The position numbers and the translations under genes are program-made. A stretch of DNA of 64,000 nucleotides from Spirochaetia bacterium (GTDB lineage: Bacteria; Spirochaetota; Spirochaetia; SP-2023), in NCBI GenBank assembly GCA_965225855.1, contig CBDDCK010000005.1:1184001-1248000 (forward strand). The letters are read 5' to 3'. This document shows, in pieces, positions 57,809 to 64,000 of this stretch (position 1 is its first letter; each line of letters starts with the position of its first letter). Below the pieces are notes generated by a model. The model did not search any database. It was not told where the DNA came from and was given only the letters and a program-made list of their open reading frames with translations.

Positions 57809-58436
57809 ACATACTTATAAAATTTCCCAAATAGCACTGCGGCCCGTAGCTTTTCGCTTGCATAAATGGGCTATTCCAGCAGACCATATAACGATTGCGG
57901 GCTTTATTTTTGGTATAGCCTGCATAGGTTTTGTGTCTACGGGCTTGTACTATTTGGCATTGCCCGCACTGATTGTAAACAGAATTTTAGATGGCTTGGA
58001 CGGAGCTTTAGCTAGAATGAATGGCACAACCCTTGCCGGTGGTTTCCTAGACATTACGTTAGATTTTCTATTTTATTCGGGCTTTGTGTTTAGTTTTGGC
58101 TTATCTCAGAGGCATTTTTTATTACCAGCTATAGTATTATTGTTTTCATTCTTTGGCACGGGCATCAGTTTTTTAGCCTTTGCCAGTTTAGCTGCCAAGT
58201 ATAATTTACAAAGCCCACAGTATCCCAATAAATCTCTATATTATATGGGTGGGTTAACCGAAGGCACAGAAACCATTGCCATATTTATTTTTATGGTTCT
58301 GTTTCCCCCATATTTTGCCTTAATGGCATACTTATTTGCTATGTTGTGTTTTATTACAACCGCAGGCCGTATTGTGTTTGGCTACCAAAACTTGCGTAGG
58401 CTAGAAACAAAATACCCCAAGCAAAAAGGGGGATAA
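57798..58436 (+). CDS. ynjF: CDP-alcohol phosphatidyltransferase family protein, YnjF-like
   Basis: NRILDGLDGALAR...GGFLDI.LDF and GLTEGTET motifs. Confidence 0.88.
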   Translation: MLDKHTYKISQIALRPVAFRLHKWAIPADHITIAGFIFGIACIGFVSTGLYYLALPALIVNRILDGLDGALARMNGTTLAGGFLDITLDFLFYSGFVFSFGLSQRHFLLPAIVLLFSFFGTGISFLAFASLAAKYNLQSPQYPNKSLYYMGGLTEGTETIAIFIFMVLFPPYFALMAYLFAMLCFITTAGRIVFGYQNLRRLETKYPKQKGG

Positions 58437-58699
58437 GGGAATAGATGGGATAGTATCTCATAAATATTATGCGCCCAATTGAGCGTGCACTGTACTATAT
58501 CTACATTACAAAAATTGTCAATGAAAATGTATACGATAGAAAATAATCAAACAAACACGTTAGCATTGACCGCTTTTAGAAAAGAGCGTACTCAATATGA
58601 AAATTTCAAAGCTCATTGCATTTGCCGAATCACTTGATGAGAAGCAATCTCCACAGTACAAATTGCTGAAAAATTATCATTTTTAGGAGAATACAATTT

Positions 58700-60016
58700 A
58701 TGGAAAACAAACAACAACAAATTTGGGGCGGACGTTTTGCTGCTTTGCCCAGCGAAATTATGCAGCAAATCAATGAGTCCATAAGTATTGACCAGCGACT
58801 TTACTGCGAAGATATAGAAGGTTCGTTAGCCCATGTTGCCATGCTTGCCAAGCAAAACATTATTAAAGATGCAGAAGCTGAAGAAATTGCCAAAGGGTTG
58901 AAAAAAATCCAGCAAGAGCTTGAACAAGGCCAGTTTGCTTTTTACAGTGAACTAGAAGATATTCACATGCATATTGAAACCCGTTTAGCAGAGTTAATAG
59001 GCCCTGTGGCCGGTAAATTGCATACCGGGCGTTCACGCAATGACCAAGTAGCTACCGATTTTCGGCTTTGGGTACGCCGCCATTGCAATCTGGTATTAGA
59101 CGAAATCGCCAATTTGCAGCAGGCCCTAGAGCAACAGAAAATGGCCAACAGCCAGACCATTATGCCCGGTTTTACCCACTTACAAGTGGCCATGCCCGTA
59201 ACTTTTGCCCAGCATTTAGATGTCTACTGCCAAATGTTGCTGCGCGATGCGGGGCGCATTCGCGATTGCCGAGAACGGCTCAACCAATGTCCACTAGGTG
59301 CCGGTGCATTGGCCGGTAGTAGCTATCCTTTAGACCGCCAGTTTACCGCTGTACAGTTAGGTTTTACCCAAGTTATGCCCAACACCATGGATGCTGTTTC
59401 GGACCGCGATTTTGCGTTGGAATATCTTAGTGCCCTAAGTATTTTGACCATACATCTTTCCCGCTTGGGTGAAGAATTAGTACTGTGGTCATCTTACCAA
59501 TTTCGGTTTGTGCAAATTGCCGATGAATTTACCACTGGTAGCTCCATGATGCCACAGAAGCGTAACCCCGATGCCGCAGAATTGTTGCGCGCTAAAGCAG
59601 GGCATGTCATTGCCCAACTGACTCAATTATTGATAGTACTCAAAGGCCTTCCACTAACATACTCCAAAGATATGCAAGACGATAAAAAACCGGTTTTTGA
59701 AGCTACGGATACCATCGTTTTGTGCTTGCGAGCTGCAACGGGCATGATTGCAGGATTAAAGGTAAACAAAGAAGCTATGTTTCGTGCTGTGCAGGAAGGC
59801 TACGCCAATGCCACGTATCTGGCTGATTGGTTGGTACAGCAAACCAGCACGCCTTTCCGTCAAGCTCATCATATTGTTGGTTCTATAGTAGCCCGCGCTG
59901 AAAAACTAGAGCTCAAGTTAGAAGAACTGCCTTTAGAGGAATTCCAAGCGATAGAGCCTAAAATTGACCATCGCATCTATCAAGCTTTGGCTTACAATGC
60001 CCAACGGTGCAGCTAA
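58700..60016 (+). CDS. argH: Argininosuccinate lyase
   Basis: WGGRF, EDIHM, LHTGRSRNDQVA, MPGFTHLQ and TGSSMMPQKRNPD motifs. Confidence 0.97.
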   Translation: MENKQQQIWGGRFAALPSEIMQQINESISIDQRLYCEDIEGSLAHVAMLAKQNIIKDAEAEEIAKGLKKIQQELEQGQFAFYSELEDIHMHIETRLAELIGPVAGKLHTGRSRNDQVATDFRLWVRRHCNLVLDEIANLQQALEQQKMANSQTIMPGFTHLQVAMPVTFAQHLDVYCQMLLRDAGRIRDCRERLNQCPLGAGALAGSSYPLDRQFTAVQLGFTQVMPNTMDAVSDRDFALEYLSALSILTIHLSRLGEELVLWSSYQFRFVQIADEFTTGSSMMPQKRNPDAAELLRAKAGHVIAQLTQLLIVLKGLPLTYSKDMQDDKKPVFEATDTIVLCLRAATGMIAGLKVNKEAMFRAVQEGYANATYLADWLVQQTSTPFRQAHHIVGSIVARAEKLELKLEELPLEEFQAIEPKIDHRIYQALAYNAQRCS

Positions 60017-60066
60017 GAAATCTCATTCATGATCTAACCATTGCAGTCCATAAACTTTATGCCTCT

Positions 60067-60449
60067 ACAAAAATATTTCTTTGTTTATTGTTGTTTGCCT
60101 GTGAAGATGATGATAAACGATTAGACATTTATAATACCAGTTGATCTGGCAAAGACTATCGTGGAGAAATCATCAAGTTGGAATTTGACAGTCGTACTGA
60201 AGCTACAATTAATTACTATAATAATTCAATTTCTACATAGCCTCTTATCAATACGATACTCGCAGACTACAAGGCAACATTGCTATACAGCAATTCAATT
60301 TCAGCCTTTCGCCACCAAAAGATATAACGTGGTTATTTACAGTTAGCCCAGAGCATATAGCTTTAATGCTCGATTATTTTGGCCGCCCCTATTATGCCGG
60401 TAGTAAATTTAATAGCAAGCTCTTACAAACCAATTTGACTAAAGAGTAA
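60067..60449 (+). pseudogene. Decayed small lipoprotein gene
   Basis: TKIFLCLLLFAC-EDDDK..NTS*(TGA 60142)SGKDYRGE..., then a frameshift near 60240 and an open frame to TAA 60449. Confidence 0.45.
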
Positions 60450-60529
60450 GCAATATTTGCTATTGAAATATTTTACTATTTTCACTATAAACAGGGCAAA
60501 TTTGCCATAGTTGGAGTGAAAAATACTAG

Positions 60530-61672
60530 ATGGATCAAGAATTGTCTTTAGTGTTGATAGCCTGCCCTGGAGGGCAGTCATTTGCAAAAAAAATTGACCA
60601 ATACTTATATTCGCGTTATATCAATAAAACATCAAGCGAGGAAGAGAAGATCGATTTTAAAAGTTTCCTTATGCCCTGTGAACATACTGTTTTTGCAAAT
60701 GGGGAAATAAAAGCAAATGTTGGCTCATCGATAAGAGGTAAGAATGTTTTTATTATTCAAGATGTAGCCAATAACCAACCAATTTATGTTGGTGACAAAA
60801 TGCACCGCTTTTCCATTAACGACCATCTTCTGTCTTTATTTGTAACGCTAGATGCAGTACGCAGTAGTGATGCAGACCAAATTTCTTTAGTTTTGCCCTA
60901 TTTTCCTTACAGTCGCCAGCACGTACGCAAAGGGCGTGAAAGTTTAACCGCCGCACGTATTGCGTGCCAATTAGAAGATTTGGGTGCCAATCGCGTTATT
61001 ACGTTAGATATTCACTGTAAAGAAATTGAAAATGCTTTCCGCAAAACCAATTTGGAAAATTTGCATGCATCGTACCAAATTGTGCGCGAATTACTGTATA
61101 AAGTTGGGCGTGTCGGGCGCAAAAACTTGATGGTTGTTTCTCCAGATTTAGGTGGTATGGGGCGCAATCGTTTTTTTGCCAACATCTTGGGTTACCGCTT
61201 AGGCACTATCTATAAAGAACGCGATTACGGCCATATTTCTATGAATGCAGAGGATACCAATATCATCAATATGCGCTTACTCGGCGATGTACAAGGTGCT
61301 ATTGTTTTCATTGCCGATGATATAATCGATACGGGCGGTACTATGATTAAAGCTATGCGTACTTTAAAAAAGCATGGGGCTAAAGATATTATCTTGGGTA
61401 TTTCATTTCCCATGTTTAACGGCAATGCTGTTGAACATTTTGATAAAGCTTATGAAGATGGCTTGTTCTCTTGTTTAATTGGTACTAACGGCATAATGTT
61501 ATCCCCTGAAGTTTTGGCCAAACCATGGTTTCACGAAGCTGATGTCTCCAAGTTCTTGAGTGAGATTATCGACAGGATTTATCATAATGAATCAATAACG
61601 CATTTGCTAGATAATAGGAAAATGGTCCAACGCTTGTATTCCCGCCACCCTAACCTAGCACAAGAAAATTAG
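60530..61672 (+). CDS. prs: Ribose-phosphate pyrophosphokinase
   Basis: FANGEIK, PYFPYSRQ, ITLDIH, VSPDLGG and DDIIDTGGT motifs. Confidence 0.93.
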   Translation: MDQELSLVLIACPGGQSFAKKIDQYLYSRYINKTSSEEEKIDFKSFLMPCEHTVFANGEIKANVGSSIRGKNVFIIQDVANNQPIYVGDKMHRFSINDHLLSLFVTLDAVRSSDADQISLVLPYFPYSRQHVRKGRESLTAARIACQLEDLGANRVITLDIHCKEIENAFRKTNLENLHASYQIVRELLYKVGRVGRKNLMVVSPDLGGMGRNRFFANILGYRLGTIYKERDYGHISMNAEDTNIINMRLLGDVQGAIVFIADDIIDTGGTMIKAMRTLKKHGAKDIILGISFPMFNGNAVEHFDKAYEDGLFSCLIGTNGIMLSPEVLAKPWFHEADVSKFLSEIIDRIYHNESITHLLDNRKMVQRLYSRHPNLAQEN

Positions 61673-61768
61673 ATAATTTGCAAGTATGCTGAATCCTGTA
61701 ATAAAGAGCTTACTATCCATAGTGTTTTTTGCAATTGGATCCCATGAAACCTTAGTTGCACTTTGGGG

Positions 61769-63235
61769 GTGCTTTTGCTTTTAGCCTGTGATATTGGCAG
61801 TAGTTATACTAAGGTAGCTTTATTAAATGGCCCAAAGTCTGGCCATGATATTATTCACGCAAGCTATAGTAAATACCTACCATTGGAACAACAGAATCGG
61901 TTAGTATGGCAGCAACTAATTCATAATATAGGCTGTATCTTAGCCAAGCATACGGACGTAACTATAGAGGCTTTCTGCCTTTCTAGCCATGGACCTAGTC
62001 TGATTGCTATTGATGATATGGGCAAACCAATCGCTAGCCCCAATAATCCTATACACCGTATTCACCCCAGTAATAGATTAAGACAACAGGCTGAAGACGC
62101 CCAATTCTGTTTAGGTACTTCTTATTATATGCCTTTGGCGCGCTCTATGTGGTCCCTATTTAGCTATGAGCAACGCAGCCGTGTGGCTTGTATTTTACCA
62201 CCAGCCAACTATATTTGTTACCTGCTTACTGGGGTTGCTTGTGTGCCCATACCAGAACACTATGCAAAATTTTATTGGCCTTGCACTGTGGGGCATCCGT
62301 TAGACCATGATTTCTGCCATTTACTGCCCAAGCTAAGGCAATTGAGTGAGTGCGTTGGCTATGTGCAAGCTAGCCATGCCCTTGGTTCGCTATTGCAAGG
62401 GGCTCCAGTCTTTTGCCCGGGAGTGGATTTTTTTGCTGCAGAAGTGGGGCTCAACAGCAGTAGCTATAGCTTATTGCGCAATCGCACTGGTACATCTGAA
62501 GGTTTTAACCTAATGCTACCCCCATTACCTAGTACGGTGTTACAGAATATTCAGCTACCTAGTGGCTATTTCATTAACTACCATGTAATGAGCCAACGGC
62601 CCGTACTATCTTACATTCAAGAAGGTAGCGGCAAATTATTTGAACAGTTATTCCAAATTTGGTTAAAGCATGAGTCTGGCCAGGTAGAAACTTGGCAACA
62701 ACAAGAATATAACGAAGCAGATATGCAGCTATTTGGTACTTCCCACAGGCATAGCCAAAAAGGCATGATGTTACAGCAAATATTGGGTGAGCAGTCTATG
62801 CTAAAATTGACCCAAGCTAGCCAATTTGCCCAAGCTTTTGCCCGAAAAGGCCTACCCTATAGTGAGTTTTTAATAATAGTACAGCGTAAGATGGGCAAGC
62901 TGCCCTTTCGACAGCTTGGGCTATATACTATGCAGCTATTGGTGCACTATTTTAGCTTGCATTGCAAAGCCATGTTTGCTATTTACCAACAAATTACCGG
63001 CCAAGCACAATTGCCAGAGGAAGTGCTACTATCTGGTGGTCAAGGCCATTACCCTGATTGGTTGCAGTGGAAAGCAGACCATAGTGGAATTGCAATTCAT
63101 CAAACTTCTGTCCATGAAGCCGAGTTTATTGGAGCAGCAGCTATTTGCTATTATAAATTAGGATATTTTCCATCTTTAGAATATTCTAGCCAAAAATTTT
63201 TACGTATCAATAAAATATACAGACCACAACTATAG
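61769..63235 (+). CDS. Divergent FGGY-family carbohydrate kinase
   Basis: DIGSSYTK, SHGPS, RTGTSEG, LSGGQ..W.QWKAD and EAEFIGAA motifs. Confidence 0.75.
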   Translation: MLLLLACDIGSSYTKVALLNGPKSGHDIIHASYSKYLPLEQQNRLVWQQLIHNIGCILAKHTDVTIEAFCLSSHGPSLIAIDDMGKPIASPNNPIHRIHPSNRLRQQAEDAQFCLGTSYYMPLARSMWSLFSYEQRSRVACILPPANYICYLLTGVACVPIPEHYAKFYWPCTVGHPLDHDFCHLLPKLRQLSECVGYVQASHALGSLLQGAPVFCPGVDFFAAEVGLNSSSYSLLRNRTGTSEGFNLMLPPLPSTVLQNIQLPSGYFINYHVMSQRPVLSYIQEGSGKLFEQLFQIWLKHESGQVETWQQQEYNEADMQLFGTSHRHSQKGMMLQQILGEQSMLKLTQASQFAQAFARKGLPYSEFLIIVQRKMGKLPFRQLGLYTMQLLVHYFSLHCKAMFAIYQQITGQAQLPEEVLLSGGQGHYPDWLQWKADHSGIAIHQTSVHEAEFIGAAAICYYKLGYFPSLEYSSQKFLRINKIYRPQL

Positions 63236-63277
63236 AATAGTAGGTACGTAATATCAAATAGATAAATAGGAAACAAA

Positions 63278-64000
63278 ATGAAAGATTTAACACAAGGTTC
63301 TATTAAAAAGCATATCATAGAGCTTTCTATACCCTCTATTATGGGTTCCCTCTTTGCTACATTGTACAATGTGGTGGACACCTTTTGGGCTGGTAAAGTT
63401 AGCCAAGAATCCAGCAGTATTATGCAGACATCCGTTAATATTAGCAAGCTGCTAAGCTATTCGGGCGATATACGCGCACTTACTGGTATGAGCGTTTCCT
63501 TTCCTATTTTCTTAGTTATGCTGGCACTATCTATTGGGTTGCACAGTAGTACCATTGCTTTAATGGGCAATGCCATAGGCCGTAAGGATAGCCAGATGAT
63601 AGACCGTTACTTAACCCAAGCGATGCTATACGCCTTGGCCTGTAGTTCCTTGCTACTGATGGTACTGCCGCTGTTGCCTGTCTTGTTAAAGTTGCTAGGG
63701 GCTAAGGAAGCAGCGGTTATTGAATATGCCAAAGCCTATATTGGCACAATTATTATGGGCAATGTGCTATTTTCCCTTAGCTTTGTATTTTCTGCAGCAC
63801 TTATCGCACGCGGGGATACCAAGACCCAACGCAATATTGACATAGTTACCTTCTTTTTAAATATTGTGTTAGACCCATTATTGCTATTTGGTTGGGGGCC
63901 TATCCCAGCAATGGGGCTGCGTGGCATAGCGCTAGCGACCTTAATAGCCCAATTGTTAAAGCTTGTATTTATGTACGCAAAGCTGCGCAACTACCGCTCC
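63278..64000 (+). CDS. MATE family efflux transporter, 5' part (runs off the window)
   Basis: MKDLTQGSIKKHI..LSIP..LYNVVDTFWAG, RGDTK and NIVLDPLLLFG...PAMGLRGIALAT; missing from the ORF track because it has no stop in the window. Confidence 0.92.
   Translation, partial: MKDLTQGSIKKHIIELSIPSIMGSLFATLYNVVDTFWAGKVSQESSSIMQTSVNISKLLSYSGDIRALTGMSVSFPIFLVMLALSIGLHSSTIALMGNAIGRKDSQMIDRYLTQAMLYALACSSLLLMVLPLLPVLLKLLGAKEAAVIEYAKAYIGTIIMGNVLFSLSFVFSAALIARGDTKTQRNIDIVTFFLNIVLDPLLLFGWGPIPAMGLRGIALATLIAQLLKLVFMYAKLRNYRS

Noticed and set aside
58500..58690. ARG-box-like AT-rich motifs upstream of argH
   Set aside because: The matches are weak against an AT-rich background and cannot be supported without a profile scan.
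60142..60144. TGA read as Trp (genetic code 4)
   Set aside because: Intact genes such as metA and 35449..36696 end in TGA, and conserved Trp residues use TGG.
1..64000. tRNA, rRNA, riboswitch, transposase or prophage genes
   Set aside because: None were recognised by eye in the intergenic regions or the ORF track; a covariance-model scan could still find small RNAs.

Overview
Chromosomal window of a host-associated spirochete-like bacterium, inferred from spirochete-type hrpA, prs, mglBAC and cyclophilin-FKBP fusions. Standard code 11 fits. The housekeeping and transport backbone carries uvrD, folC, cysH, ddl, cmk, yicC, murC, metA, hemW, hrpA, three PPIases, comM, gnd, mglBAC, hisIE, hisC, purH, sugar ABC permeases, HU, a DedA/flavoprotein/ynjBCD/ynjF-like cluster, argH, prs, an FGGY kinase and a MATE transporter. 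Inserted in it are repeat-rich surface-lipoprotein loci. (i) Two tandem BspA/DUF285 LRR genes, each followed by the same structured trailer and an array of 46-bp palindrome-containing repeats, with a truncated murI between them. (ii) Two paralogous beta-repeat adhesin-like lipoproteins 18 kb apart that share leader and trailer sequences. One is preceded by a 15-copy, two-variant 22-bp array. The other is followed by a 40-bp perfect palindrome related to the 46-bp unit and a small CTAG-bounded hairpin insertion. Several decayed genes are visible: murI, an FGE-domain gene, ridA, an XRE HTH, a DUF6492-like fragment and a small lipoprotein. No rRNA, tRNA, CRISPR-Cas, transposase, integrase or reverse transcriptase was recognised. 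The strongest novelty candidate is the repeat-associated duplication and diversification of surface-lipoprotein cassettes; its mechanism is inference only.
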